Positions 12,527 through 26,775 of a stretch of 64,000 bases of DNA are shown here, piece by piece. This DNA is from Octopus vulgaris. Its lineage: Eukaryota. Each line of letters opens with the position of its first letter. Within the stretch, counting starts at the first letter, position 1. The notes beneath the pieces are model-generated. The model worked only from the letters and a program-made list of their open reading frames with translations. It did no database searches and was not told where the DNA came from. Where the stretch lies: contig OX597832.1 in assembly GCA_951406725.2 (NCBI GenBank), positions 17,670,001-17,734,000 on the forward strand, given 5' to 3'. Made by a program: the position numbers and the translations under genes.

Positions 12527-13797
12527 TCAGGTTGAGTAAAAAGGAAGCAACGTTTTGAATTATGAAAAATTTGTACCGGATTTTTGTGAACTTTTGAAAT
12601 TTTTAAAAGCATTTTTTTTTTGCAACTGTCTGATAATACAGAAATAAACATGCCCAAATGAACCAATAAATTAACATTGATATTTTTTACAATAATCTGA
12701 AATGGAACAAAGTACGATATTCGAGCAATTTTGCTATTCACCTGAAAGACAAGAAAAAGAACGTAAAGCAGATGAAACTACACGCGATATCAACGATACG
12801 TTTGATGAGGAAATGGCCAGAGAGTGGTTGGCTCGAAAATGATTTAAACCATTTCGTAGTGGAGACCCGAGCCTTGAAGTTGGTAAGAGTAGTGGACGCT
12901 CATCTGTCATCGATGACAATCAATTAAAGACCCTCAATGAGAAAGATCCACGTAAAACCACTCGAAAACTGGCAAAATAACTTCAAAGTTAGCCAGAAAA
13001 CTGCCACCAACCTTTTGCACGCGATCGGAAAATCAAAACAGCTCGACAAATGAGTACCATGCGATTTGAATAAAAATCAGAAAATGGTCAGATAGGAAAT
13101 TTGCTCATAGCTTCCTCTCCGTAACCAGACCGGTCAATTTCTCGATCGTATTGTAACTTGTGATGAAAAGTGGATTCTGGACAATAATAAAAATGGTTTT
13201 TTGCAGTGTTTGGATCAAAATGAAGCAGCGAAAACCCGAGCTCTTCAAAAAGAAGGCTATGGTAATTGTTTAGTGGTGTACTGCTGGACTCATTCACTAT
13301 AACTTCTTAAGACCCCGAAAAACCAATACTGCAGAAACATATAGCCATGAAATTGCCAAATGAACTTAAAACTGCTATTCCTCCGTCCCAGACAGGTAAA
13401 CAGAAGAGGACCAATAATTCTTTATGACAATGCTCGACCACACGTTTCACTAACGACGTTGCGGAAGTTTAGTGAACTTAGCTCCAAAGTTTCCCCCCCA
13501 CCCGGTTTTTTCTTCAGACCTTTCTCCTATCGATTTCCACTTTTTCAAGCACCTTGATGTATTCCTGCGAGGGATGGAGTTCAAAACTAAAACCGATACT
13601 GAAAGTGCGTTCAAAGAGTTCATCAGTTCCAGAATTAGAGATTTTTCTGTTACTGGAATAAACAAACTTGTAATTCGTTGGTGAAAATGTGTCTATTTTA
13701 ATGATACTTACTTTGATGAATAAAATTTCTGCTTTGTTAAAATATATTGTGATGAATTTCATGTTTGAAAACGTTGCTTACTTTTTACACAGCCTGA
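12527..13797 (+). mobile_element. full-length decayed mariner (DD34D) transposon
   Basis: TIRs TCAGGTTGAGTAAAAGGAAGCAACGTTTT / AAAACGTTGCTTACTTTTTACACAGCCTGA, TA on both sides, ~1.27 kb. Confidence 0.92.
12702..13710 (+). pseudogene. mariner transposase with multiple stops and frameshifts
   Basis: catalytic motifs VTCDEKW, LYDNARPH and SSDLSPIDFHFFKHL, not in one open frame. Confidence 0.9.
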
Positions 13798-14251
13798 TAG
13801 TAAGATACTTGTTGGGTAACATATACGAGAGGTGCTTCCATTCATGGTGTTTCTTGAAGGGGTTGTCACAGAGAGTGCTGTAGCAACGGCATTAGTTGTA
13901 GAATGAATAGTTGTAGTAGCGGTAATTAAAGTGGTGGTGCTTTAGGGGTGATTGTTGTGAGAGTGTTACTGGATATTATAGTGGTGCTTTCAGTAATAAT
14001 CATTGTAGATGTACTGGTGTAGTTTGTAATGGTAACCGTGTTGGTGGTTGTGGTGGTCATGATTTTAGTAAGAGTCATGGTGTTTGTAGCCCTCGTTGTT
14101 GTAGCTGAGATTCTTTTCTTGATTCTTGTGCTTGCTCTTACTGAGGTTGTGTATTGTTCCACGATACTAGTAGAGGTGGCCTAGCCGATTATCTTAAAAG
14201 TTCCATTCTCAGTCATGTCCAACACGGTCAAATTCCCCTGCAAGTTATAAA

Positions 14252-14349
<98 letters not shown>

Positions 14350-14544
14350 TTATTTACGCATACAAATGAGTTTTTCGCTGTATATATGAGTAATAAGTCT
14401 CAGAGTAACAAAAAGTAATATATTTTATTGAAGCTGAGCCTAGTATCATACAAGTTTCACTTGCAGGTGGACAGGATCTCAAGACAAATTTTAATTTAAA
14501 TCGCTTGGAGACCCTCTACATATACAGGAGTAATTATTATTCAC

Positions 14545-14942
14545 TTCTACTCAAAGCACAAAGCCTGAAATTTCCAGGGAGAGGGCTCGTCGATTAGATT
14601 GACCCCAGTACACAACTGGTATTTAATTTATCGACGACCCCGAAAAGATGAAAGGCAAAATCGTCCTCAGCGGAATATGAACTCAGATCGTAAAGACAGA
14701 CGAAATACCTATTTCTTTACAACCCACAAGGGGCTTAAACACAGAGGAGACAAACAAGGACAGACAAACGGATTAAGTCGATTATATCGACCCAGTGCGT
14801 AAGTGGTACTTAATTTACCGACCCCGAAACGATGAAAGGCAAAGTCGACCTTGGCGGAATTTTAACTCAGAATGTAACGGCAGACGAAATACGGCTACGC
14901 ATTTCGCCCGGCGTGCTCACGTTTCTGCCAGCTCGCTGCCTT
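14545..14942 (-). mobile_element. SINE family S1 with duplicated body
   Basis: same head and core as 328-778. Confidence 0.85.
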
Positions 14943-15278
14943 GGAGTTATTATTATTGGCAATGGACTGACTTGAATAGTATATATATATATACTATAAG
15001 ATCCTACTAGTTACTACATGTAATATAATAGGTTCAGTAGATGGATTTAGCGACTTTTGGATATGTTCAACTAGTAAAAAAAGAAAATTCAAGTTTAAAT
15101 CAATGGGATTTGAACTGACAATCTGATAGATTGCAACTAAACGTCTCAGATAGTTCATTCCACTCATCCACCAGGTATGTCCATCGCAGCTCTTTATTTT
15201 GCGCTAATAATAGTATTAATATGATTAATAGATATTTTCGAGTGAGTGAGTGAGTGCAAGATGGTACGGCACCTATGG

Positions 15279-15357
<79 letters not shown>

Positions 15358-16478
15358 AAAAGAGAGAGAGATAAAAGATGGGAAGATACATTGGAGAGAG
15401 AGAGAGAAAAAAGAGAATGAAAGGAAAACCGAGAAAAATATGTAGACAAAAATGCCAAGAGTAAGACTGATTGAACAAGAAAGAAAGTGAAGGCTATGGG
15501 TATAAAAAAAAAGTGAAAATTCGTAAAAAAAAACAGAAAAAAAAACAGATAAAAAATGAGGTAGTCGAGTGCAGTTTTGAAGCCAAATAAATTCCAAGCT
15601 ATATTTAGCAAAGAAGAAAAAAAAAAGTTATGATGATTTGTATTATTAAACTGTTTTAACCAATAGCAGTACTTCATATTGGAAGTATGGGTGGGGGAAT
15701 GAGAATGGAAGGATTACGGATATTATTTCTAAAAATGGTTCTTTGATATTTATTAAATTGAGATTTTTTCCCAAATATCTTGTTTAGTTTCTTTTAATGA
15801 AAATTTAATATTACTATTGCCGTTTATGTTGTTCTTGCTTTCTTTCTTCATTTCTTTCTTTCTTCCTTTCTTCCTTTCTTTCTTCCTTTCTTTCTTTCTT
15901 TTGTCTTCTCATTCTTCTTCTTTTTAATATTATTATTATTATTATTATTGTTGCTTTCAATTAAGGGCCAAGGACTACCAGAATGGCTCACACAGTACTG
16001 TATAAATTGCGTTTCAAGATTTACTTAACACGCTTTAGATTCTGCGTTCGCATATCGCCGATGATAGCTTGCGCCTTCATTTTTCATTGGCCATACAATA
16101 AATAATCAGCCAACTACTGGGATCAATATAATTAACTGATATCTCCCTCACCACCACCACCACTTCATCTAAATGTTGTGGTCTTCTACCTACGTTAAAC
16201 ATCCACTATTAAAGTCGGGTCAAATTTCGAGCAAGCATCGGGCCAAATTTCGTTTCGGAATGTAATTACAACCGTTTAGGCACTACCTTAAAATATGTCC
16301 CTGATCATGATTGCTGTTTGTCTTTCTTGGGTTTGTAAAAGGAAAGTAACAGTCGAGAACTTACATCAGTTTAATCAACTTTTTCTAACACTCAGAATTA
16401 TTTACCTTGTGCCTGTATTAAAATATTTAATTACAATCATGTAGTATTCTTTTCTATTCTACTCTAAGCACAAGGCCA

Positions 16479-16561
16479 CTAGCCACGGGTTAACACTAGC
16501 CAAAACCTAGCCAAAAACAAACACGCGTTTTTGTTTTTGGCTAGTGTTAACCCGTGTCTAG
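16479..16561. other. palindrome centred on ACGCGT with an 11-nt duplicated bulge
   Basis: CACGGGTTAACACTAGCCAAAA / TTTTGGCTAGTGTTAACCCGTG. Confidence 0.85.
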
Positions 16562-17123
16562 AATCGCCATCGCAAACTACAAACAACAGCTTCATTTCAC
16601 TTAAATTACTCTCTAATCTTTTATGAAAAGGATATTTGAAGCGATGATAATTTTAGCACACAATTCTTCGAAACAAATTGTGGTGGTCATTTCTGGACTG
16701 GTTTGACCGTAGTTTTACTCACTCCATAAAGTTTAATACCGATTATAGGAGCAACAATTATAAGAAAGTATGCCTTTGCTCGAGAAATTTTCTATCAGCT
16801 GAGCAAGTTGGAAAATGGTAAGCTTCAATTTTTTTTTTCTGGAACTGTCGACGGTTTGTAAATGATCACGAAACCGGTATAGGTGGAAATACTGATTGCG
16901 TTGTGCAAGGGTTACGCATTTTCTTCTGTGTATTATTTGAGAGCGTAGATGAAGCGAGAATGTAGGTATGTACAGGAAGTAAGCACGATCCAAAGTAGAG
17001 TTTACACAATACACGCAAAAGAAGAAACACAAGTGTTAGAGACAGATATATTGGAGCAAAACTGGTGTCCTTGGCTTTCTCAAACAAGAAAGTAAGGTAA
17101 CATTTTAAAGTAATAACGGAAAA

Positions 17124-17533
17124 GTGACTTTAGAATATGCAACAGAAAATGTTTCAATGAAATACAAAGCAAACGTAAAGTGGGCTATTCATGTCCATAC
17201 AGACTGGAAGCTTGAGAGTAAACAACCAGAAGATCTTACAAAGGGCACCACGAAAAGAAAGTTGTTCCTTATCGAACTATCAAGACCTTCAAATGATAAT
17301 GTATATTTCAAAAGAATGGATAAATTTTCTCAAGTCTGAAAATAGAGATTTACAGAATGGGGAGGGTTGAAAACGGAGACAATGACTGTAATAAGAGGTA
17401 CACTGGTATATAAATAAAACCATTAAAACAAATACGAAGCCCCAAATCCCAAGGCTTACAAATCTACAGAAAATGCAGAATTTATCACTATTAGATACTG
17501 CACACATACTTGTAGAGTATTGTTAATTCATTA
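17124..17533 (+). pseudogene. decayed R4/Dong-like RLE endonuclease end
   Basis: KWAIHVHTDWKLESKQPED...FLIELSRPSNDNV...LLDTAHIL parallels the 40990-41350 protein. Confidence 0.75.
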
Positions 17534-17918
17534 AAAATGCAAAACCAAAACAAAACATAGAAAAGACCGTCGGACCGCTTACCTCCTTAATGTGAATGAA
17601 ACCAGCAACAAATATAACAACAAAACGATAAAAAAAAACCCCAAAGAATATGCTGATATTCGTTACTATTTTCATCATTGTAATCATCTTTATCGTAAAT
17701 ATCGTCATCAATAATTATAAGAACAATAACTAACACAGCTCCTGTTATGTGCAATTTTCAATGAATATCTTGTCCAACAGCCGTGTAATATTCATGTCCA
17801 TCTTAAATCACTTGAGCATCTTATAATTCCTCAAGAACAGAATGGTTGCCAATGAATGAACGCTATGTCTTATCCAGAGAATTCTTGCAATTTATTTAAA
17901 CAAAATATACAAAATATA

Positions 17919-18304
17919 TCTCTCTCTATATATAAACGGCAGTTTGTCTGTGCGTGTTTCTGTGTGTCTGTTTGCTTGTACCCTCACCCTGACCACGGCT
18001 TTCAACCGATTCTGATGAAACTTGACACACACATAGCCCAATGTCATAATTCAAAACTAACGCAGCGAAAATTTTGAAAAGTTCCCCCAGTTCTGAAAAA
18101 AATCGATAAATTCGACATGGGGTCGAGAATCAGGAATACGAACCACAAACTATGTAGGGGACGCAACTCTACCTTATTTAAATCTCAAAAAAAATTTACC
18201 ATCATTTTTTTCCATTTTTTTGCTATTTTTTGGCTATAACTCTCTAAAAATGCTTTATAGTTATTTCCCTTACAAACCTGAGCAACGCCGGGCGATACTG
18301 CTAG
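17919..18304 (+). mobile_element. non-autonomous Helitron
   Basis: 5' TC(TC)nTATATATAAA then GTCT/GT-rich tract; 3' CCTGAGCAACGCCGGG...ATACTGCTAG; A|T insertion site. Confidence 0.8.
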
Positions 18305-18824
18305 TCTATCTTAAAAACGTCAAATTACTGTTGATGGATTATTTATTTGCGAGATTTTATTATTTTTAAATATATTTCTTATTTGAGAATTAGAATTCTA
18401 AGAATAATAAATTCTTAGTTTGTCCATTTATAGAGACGTGTGATATCTTCACGTATCCAACAATCTATCCAGCTTATCAGCCTGCTATCCAATAAGCTAT
18501 TCATAAATTTATTCGTTCGTAAGTTCTTTCAATTAAACATTCATTTTTCTCTCGCGTCTCACACACACACGCATATCCAGTCGCCTAGTCTCATACACAC
18601 GCCTAAGCACACGCATAATAGGTCTCCGCCGATCGCATTAGACTATTCAAATTTCTTTCCTATGTCTTTTCCATCTCCTCGCTTTTCTTCCCAACATCAA
18701 AAACCTAAGTTTCCTACACACTCGTCACGGCTACATACACACAAGAAAACATGTGTATGTATCCGTACATAAATACTCATGTGTACACACACACAAACAC
18801 ACACACACATACACACACACACAG

Positions 18825-18855
<31 letters not shown>

Positions 18856-19479
18856 TATGTATATATGTGCATCTATCTATATATGCAGATATGTATATCT
18901 ATGGATATGTGTGTATGTATGTTTGCATGCGCACACGTGTGCGCGTGTTTGTGTGTCTGTGTGTATCTGTCTGTATGAGTGTATGTAAGTGTGTATGTAT
19001 ACATATATGTACTCGTTTGGAAAGGTTGTTGCATTTATGATCGTGTGATTACGGTTTCGATTCCTAGTATAGGTGAGGCCGAAATTTCGATCAGCTAATG
19101 AAAATGAATAATTCTGCGACGGACCGAAAATGCCTTTTCTGCAAAGAATAGTCAGAGTCATCGTTCGATTGGTGGACAGCACATATGCTACGAGAGCACT
19201 ACACTTGAATACATAGCTTGTGTTAGGGAGGAATATCGAAGAATCGTCAGAATTCGCGTCATGGAATATGGTTAAGTAACAGCATGGCAGATGACACTGA
19301 ATATACTCTGATGCATTACAGTGATTTTCCCAAAAAGAAAACGTTTGCCTGATAATTTACCGAATTTTTCATCTACATTTCTCGAACTGTCACTGCTTGC
19401 GGAAACTCGCTCGCCGCCTTCAACAATAATAGCAATAAAAACAACAACAACAATAATAATAACGATCCTTTCTATTATA

Positions 19480-20409
19480 TATTTCTTTACTACCCACAAG
19501 GGGCTAAACAAAGAGGACAAACAAGGACAGACAAACGGATTATGTCGATTATATCGACCCCAGTGCGTAACTGGTACTTATTTAATCGACCCCGAAAGGA
19601 TGAAAGGCAAAGTCGACCTCGGTGGAATTTGAACTCAGAACGTAACAGCAGACGAAATATGGCTACGCATTTCGCCCGATGTGCTAACGTTTCTGCCAGC
19701 TCCACGCCTTAAATCCTTTCTATTTTCGGTGTGGGATCTAGTCACAACATCGGTCGCAGGGCTCAACTGGTGCTTATTTTATCAAGCCCAAAAAGATGAA
19801 AGGCGGATTCGACCTCGGCGGAATTTGAACTCAGAATGCGAAGACCGACGAAACGACGAAAAGCATTTTGCTCGGTGTGCTTAATAAATTCACCAGCTCG
19901 CCGCCTTCAGTAATGATGATGATGATGATGATAATAATAATAATAATAATGTTTTTCACTATAAGCACAATGCCTGAAATTTTGGGAGGTGGTGGTCAGT
20001 CGATTATACCGACGTTAGTAAGTAAGTGGTATTTATTTCATCGGCCCGGAAAGGATAAAGGCAAAAATGACCCTAGCAGCATTTGAACTCAAAATGTGAA
20101 AACGGACAAAATAGCGCTATGCCTTTTTGTCTGGCGTGCTAACGATTCTACCAGCTCACTACCTTCAATTACGATTAATAATAATAATAGTAATAGTAAT
20201 AACAATCGTTTCTACTATAGGCAGAAGGTCTGAAATTTTTAGAGGAGTGGGCCAGTCGATTTGTTCGATCCTATTACGCAACTGGTACTTAATTTATAGA
20301 CCCCGAAAGAATAAAAAGCAATGTCAACCACGGCGGAATTTGAACTCAGAACGTAGCGGCAGACGAAATACCGCTAAGCATTTCGCCCGGTTCTGCCATC
20401 CCGCCGCCT

Positions 20410-20410
<1 letters not shown>
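19480..20410 (-). mobile_element. cluster of four same-orientation S1 SINEs separated by (AAT)n
   Basis: copies at about 19480-19710, 19765-19907, 19955-20165 and 20208-20410. Confidence 0.8.
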
Positions 20411-20486
<76 letters not shown>

Positions 20487-20756
20487 TTGACGACGGAGAT
20501 GATGATGATGGCGACGACGACGATGATGATGATGATGGAACAAAACAGACATTTCGGTCCTCCTGGAATTGAGGAGGCAAGAAGTGATAGGGCGCGGTAG
20601 CGAGCGCAAGCACGCATGGGTAGTGTGTAACAAACTAAAGCTTCGCTCGGTAATTTCCGCCATCGTTTTCGGTATTAACCGAGTTGAAATAATTCAGAGA
20701 TTTAGTCTTTTGTGAATGTTTTTGTAAAACGAAGGATAATAGAAATTGAAATGAGA

Positions 20757-20831
<75 letters not shown>

Positions 20832-21082
20832 TAAATTAAATGTAAACCTAAAAAAAAAAAGGTAGTGGAATAAAAACGGGAGGAAAATGCAAAAAAATTA
20901 AACAAGAAAAACAACGAAAACATGATTATTCGACCCGCACAACCCACATCCATGGCAGCCAGTTTCCTCCCTATCGACTTCTTCTTTACATTCAAACATG
21001 CACATAGAAACATACACATATATGCACATATATATACTGACAGCTGAGACACACACACACACAAACTTATATACACACATAT

Positions 21083-21132
<50 letters not shown>

Positions 21133-21160
21133 GCGTCTATGTACATATATAACATACACA

Positions 21161-21195
<35 letters not shown>

Positions 21196-21223
21196 GCGTC
21201 TATGTACATATATAACATACACA

Positions 21224-21286
<63 letters not shown>

Positions 21287-21959
21287 CTAAATGTATGTGT
21301 ATATGGGTGTATGTATATATATATACGCATATACTCACACATAACTATACAAACAAATACGCATATATATATATATATATATATACATGTGTACAAACAA
21401 AACTACTGACAAATGCGTAGAAACACACGCAAACAAACAAACAAACAAACAAGCAAAAATATATATATACCCGCACGCACGCGTGTATATACACGTGTAT
21501 ACATTCACATACGCAAACACAGACGCACAGAAGTATATAAAGGAAAATAGTGACAAATTTATAGTGGAACATGTACCGTGGCTGCAAATTAAAAGTTAAC
21601 TGGAGGAGAAGGAGATTTTGAAGAGGAAGTTGAAGAAAGAAGAAAAAAAAAAAGAGAAAAGAAAGAAAGAAGATATTTTAAATGAGAAGACATTCACCCC
21701 TCATATCTTTCTCTAGCTCTCTATCTCTCCCGTTCTCGCTCTGTCTGTCACGAACTCTCCCTGCATTCCCCGCTCTTTCTCTCTCGCTCTCTGTTTCTTG
21801 TATATGGGAGCTTGCGAACCTGTACGACATATAGGTACGGCACATGTTCAGTACACGCAAAAAATGCTATTTATGACGACGTACGCAAACGGGTGTGTGC
21901 AACGAAAGGTGTGCATAACATCTATGCATGAATATCGATGTGTGCGTTCATAAAAGAAG

Positions 21960-22166
21960 CAGGGTGCTGAAGAGTTGCTGGCTTTAAGGGTATTGCGAAA
22001 GGCCTGGTTGGAGGCCCAAATTCCCGATTTATTTTACGGGGCTAAGAAAAACTGAGTGTCCGCCTCAATATGTGAATCTGAGAGGCGAATACGTTGAATA
22101 AAATCATAATGAACTGATCCTCCTGTATTTTCTTTACCCAAAGCCAGGTACTTTTCAGCACTCGTA
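21960..22166 (+). mobile_element. mariner-derived MITE
   Basis: TIRs GTGCTGAAGAGTTGCTGGCTT / AAGCCAGGTACTTTTCAGCAC; internal LRGEYVE* transposase end. Confidence 0.7.
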
Positions 22167-22186
22167 TATATATATATATATATATA

Positions 22187-22374
22187 GTTAATCCAAACAA
22201 GAAAGCACATAAAAACACAACAACGAGAGAACGTGGAACAAATATAGTATTATTGGACGCTCAGGAAAGAAGGAGGGTTCAACGTTTCGAGCGGAGCTCT
22301 TCGTCGGAAACATAGGAGAAGGAAAGATCCAGAGAAGGAAAGACAGAGGAAAAAAATTGCCAACGGTACACACG

Positions 22375-22378
<4 letters not shown>
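22187..22378 (-). mobile_element. hammerhead-bearing short element (family B) inside (TA)n
   Basis: homologous to 44272-44475 and 51677-51826; (TA)n on both flanks. Confidence 0.8.
22277..22311 (-). ncRNA. minimal type I hammerhead (U4C core variant)
   Basis: GTTT CCGACGA A GAGC TCC GCTC GAAA CGTT GAAC. Confidence 0.7.
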
Positions 22379-22423
<45 letters not shown>

Positions 22424-23739
22424 TGTGTGCGTGTGTTCTTTTATTCGTTTCAGCCGTGCAGCGGCGGTCATACTGGGACAATTCTTGTCTGAACAACATG
22501 GGAGTCGTTGTTGAAACCAATATTAGTGACGCAAGAGATGGGCAGATCAGATAGCCAAACTTACATCAAGACAATTAAAAAGAAAGCTTGGAAACAAAAT
22601 GTTGAGATGAACAGTAGAAATAAATTAGAGACAAAGAGAGATAAATTTACGTCTGAAAAGAAAGTTGTATGATTTACGTGAGAGCGGATGATTGTTTGCA
22701 GGGTGCATTTTAAATCCGAATCATGGATGTTAATACTCGGTGAAAAAGAGTGTGTCAAAAACTGAAAATAAAATAGTGACGGTACCCATAATATGTGACA
22801 ATTATTTCTGAAAATATTTTTCAACAGATATTTTATAGTTAGGTGTAGACCATTGCGTGCATGATTGCACATTCAGCGCCAGTTTTCTTCTGGTGTGCTC
22901 TATCGGTTACATCTTTTCCTGTTCACCCAGCATTTGTTGAAAGAGCTGGGCTGCTTTCAAGGGAACATTTCTAAAATCCAAATCAATGTGCACATGGCAA
23001 CAAAGACAAGAAATAAAGAACAAGAAATGGTAAAGATCGGTAAGCTATGTTTCTTTAGCATTGTTCTTGATTAATGATTCTAACTCTGGTCCCATCGGAG
23101 TATCAAAACATAATCAAATATGAAACGAATATCTTTGCGTTATGCACTGGCTGACATTCTATCCAGGCATGGCAGTTTAAATATTCTTCTCCATGTACTA
23201 ATTCATTTAGATTTAGAAGTTCTTGAAAAACTGGCTCTAAATGTTTTCATCAGGAACGTCGAAAATCTCTGAACCGGATGACAAAACGTAATATTCAAAG
23301 TACATTCCTCTAATTCATAGGATACTCCTGTCTAGAAGAAAAACAACCTCGACTCAAAGGAATGCATTAATTCAATGTCTGTCTGTCTTTGAAATAAAAA
23401 AAAAATATATAAACTTCTTTGTTGTTGCTATTTTCAAAACGGGAACGGCTACGAATACAATTTTCTCTACAGGACTACACATAAACAGATCGATGTTTTT
23501 TTCAAAAAAAAAACAAAAAAACAGTCGACTAATTTGACTGAATATTTTAGCATTAGATATATTTAAGTATAGATCAATGTCTTGCTGATAATGACGCTAA
23601 GTTGAGGGAAGTATATTCGCTGGTGTGGCTTCGTATCAAAATAGGAAGGTGGAAGTAGAAAGAAGATTCAAAAGAAAAAAAGAAAACGTTTGAAGATATG
23701 TTTTGAAATTGAATATTCGGAATGAAGATTCGTATGTGA

Positions 23740-23828
<89 letters not shown>

Positions 23829-24046
23829 CGTGTGTGTGTGTGCGTGCGTGTGTGTGTATGTGCGTTCGCGCGCGTAGATGCATGTGTGCATAGACATAAA
23901 TATATATGTATTATTTGCAAATATGAATATGTAACTGCTTATCCATTGGTCTGTCTGTTTGTCTCTTTTATATATGCATATACACACATACCTACATACA
24001 TATATGGGTATATATTCACAAACACACACACATATATGTATTTATA

Positions 24047-24846
24047 TACGACTGGGTAGCAATACCTTCCCGGGATAGTTGTGCACCGCACCAACAGTTG
24101 AAAGCCCACGGTTTTGTGCTTAATGACTTACATGAGACTCTGTGCCGTGTGACGTTGCTGTGTTTACTTAGCAAGTTGTGAAAATTTTGTTTTTGTTATC
24201 ATGTGAATGCTGTACACTAAGTGTACAGAGGCACTGGGCAAGTTTCGGCAAGGTAACAGTGATGAAGCAATGGGTCGAACTTAATGTTTCGAGCGGCATG
24301 GGCGTTTCAAAAGCGGAAGAACTTACCCCGGATGATGATAATCTATCTGGAAGACCAGTCATGAACGTTACCCTCGGAAATGTTGTAGCGTGCATCGAGA
24401 AAAGGTTGCCCCATCCCGGGGGGACAGAGTTCCACTGTGATAATTTGAAGCGTTTGAGGGAGGACATTCGGCGAAGGTGACCAATTATGGGAAGTGGAAA
24501 TTTTGGATTCTTCACCAAGCTCCCCTCTCTCGGGAGTTTCATACCAAAAAAAAACATGGTATCGCTCCTGGACCCAACCCTATTTGCCAGATTTAGCACC
24601 AGAGGACTTAACTCCCTTCTCCAAGATAAAAACGCAGATCAAAGGTCCCCGTTTAAAAACCGTTGTCGTGATCCAGAGCGAACCGGAGAGGGTCTTCGAA
24701 TTCCTTGCGGAAAACAACTTCCAGGCCGAATTCCAAAAATGTCAGAAAGACTGAAAATATTTCGGAGACAATGTTAAAACTTAGGTAAATAAACATTTAT
24801 TCTATTATGCATTACTAGTCAGGGAACATTTTGATACCACCTCGTA
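24047..24846 (+). mobile_element. decayed, internally deleted mariner-family element
   Basis: degenerate TIRs TACGA...TTCCC..GATAGT / ACTAGTCAGGGAAC...CTCGTA; DDNLSGRP and PYLPDLAPEDL motifs. Confidence 0.8.
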
Positions 24847-24892
24847 GATATATATATACATATATATATGTATATGTATATATATAAATAGG

Positions 24893-24966
<74 letters not shown>

Positions 24967-25373
24967 CATACATACATACATGCGTACTAGGGTCGACCTA
25001 GTCGATTGTCACACACCAAAATACATATATATATACATATATACATACATACAAACAAACATAGATATACGGACGCGCGAGCATACAGAAACACGCACTA
25101 TGCAACACAGGCGTCAGGTGCAATAGTTAATTGTTAATTGTTAATTGTTTTACACAGTGTTATATTAAATAGAGATAGATGTAGATTTGCAGATCATTTA
25201 TTCATAGAGAGTTTTTATCTAACAAAATATGTTTGAGTCTGTGTGCATATGTAAATACATGCATGTTTGAATGCATGTATATATGTGTGTGTGTTACATA
25301 CGCACATGTGCTATATATATGCATGTATAGCTATGCATACTTATACACATATATGTATATGTATATATATATA

Positions 25374-25617
25374 TTAGGTTGGTGCATAATTATTGCGGCA
25401 TTTTTTCAACAAATTTTAATCAACAAATACAATATTTAACAAAATCATTTTTTAATAACGGTCTGTCCGTCTGCAAAGCAAATGGGAAGCGATAATTGAA
25501 GTAGATGGTGAATAAGCTCCGGAATAATCATTTATACATGTTTTTGTTACATATTGTTAATGTTTTTGTTGAATAAAATTTGTTTAAAAGAACCGCAATA
25601 ATCATGCACACACCCAA
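25374..25617 (+). mobile_element. mariner-derived MITE with long TIRs
   Basis: TTAGGTTGGTGCATAATTATTGCGG / CCGCAATAATCATGCACACACCCAA, TA flanks, internal KWEAIIEVDGE remnant. Confidence 0.8.
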
Positions 25618-25627
25618 TACAAGTATG

Positions 25628-25673
<46 letters not shown>

Positions 25674-25807
25674 TATATTTATATGCATATCTTTGCCTAT
25701 ATTTCTGCGGCGTGTGTGTATGCGTGTATTTGAAAAGAAGCAGAAACGCATTGAAACCATGGTACTTTGTTCGGAAGTATCACCAGGCGAATAAATAAAA
25801 TATTGGT

Positions 25808-25982
25808 TTCAAATTTTAGCGCAAGGCCAATATGACCAGAGAGTCGAGTAATTTCCTTACATCGATCGCATTGCTCAACTGGTACTTACTTTATCGAATC
25901 AGAAATGACGAAAGGCAAAATCGACGATGGCGGTACTTGCACTCAGAATGTAAAGACGGACGAAATGCCGCCAAGCATTAGT
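25808..25982 (-). mobile_element. degenerate SINE family S1
   Basis: AACTGGTACTT...GAAAGGCAAAATCGAC...CTCAGAATGTAAAGACGGACGAAAT. Confidence 0.7.
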
Positions 25983-26402
25983 CCTGCACGAGAACGTCCC
26001 TGCAGGATCAACACTTTGAATAAATAAATTATTAATACTGGACCTGACCTGTATTCGACAACCTCTTCTGAAATGCCATTTAATCGATCTCTGATTGAGA
26101 TTTTTGATACATATATATATATATACATATCAATATTATTCATAGTTAGGGAATGTAATAATTCCAAGCTAACAAAGGGAAAAAATTTCAATTTAGCACG
26201 CTAGGTCAAAGTTCACAATATATCATATATTTCTGCGCGTGTGTATGTGCGTATTTGAAAAACGCACGTAGTCAATTTAATATTTTGATTTGTTATGAGA
26301 TTTTTAGAATAATAATTATAAGATATTTACTTAATTTCTATGGGGTTATTATAGGTAATATCTTTTTAGTATTGATGGAATAACTAAATAGCGATTTGTC
26401 TC

Positions 26403-26469
<67 letters not shown>

Positions 26470-26473
26470 CATA

Positions 26474-26775
26474 CCAGAGTAAACACATAAATGCGAAACA
26501 AGGTGGAAAAAATAGTACTCCAATACCTATTTCTTTATTACCCACAAGGGGCTAAACATAAAGGGGACAAACAAGGACAGACATGGGTATTTAGTCGATT
26601 ACATCGACCCCAGTGCGTAACTGATACTTAATTTATCGACAGTGATATGGTTTTTAAAAAGCACCAGAAATATTATGAAAACTCAGTTTCATGATTCTGT
26701 CCATCGGATGAACGGGAACGAGAAACTTTGAATAACAGAACAGTTTTTGCGATATTTTTGCTGCTTTTAATAAAG
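26474..26775. mobile_element. rearranged family D pieces (3' tail on minus 26474-26527, degenerate hammerhead on plus 26697-26738) around an S1 fragment
   Basis: both pieces match parts of 57490-57672. Confidence 0.6.

Larger units (their letters stand above)
11890..14150. repeat. cryptic (GTG/GTA)n low-complexity tract split by a mariner insertion
   Basis: same composition on both sides of 12527-13797. Confidence 0.75.

Noticed and set aside
11896-14162. Val-rich membrane-like or Thr-rich mucin-like ORFs
   Set aside because: Cryptic GTN repeat with stops, interrupted by a mariner, and no splice evidence.
18008-18030. CTGATGAAAC as a hammerhead
   Set aside because: No stem II between the core halves; it lies in Helitron internal sequence.
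21128-21290. Local duplications inside TA tracts (also 58500-58640)
   Set aside because: Ordinary slippage products.
22480-22745. Decayed RTE RT (SESWML motif)
   Set aside because: One weak motif only.
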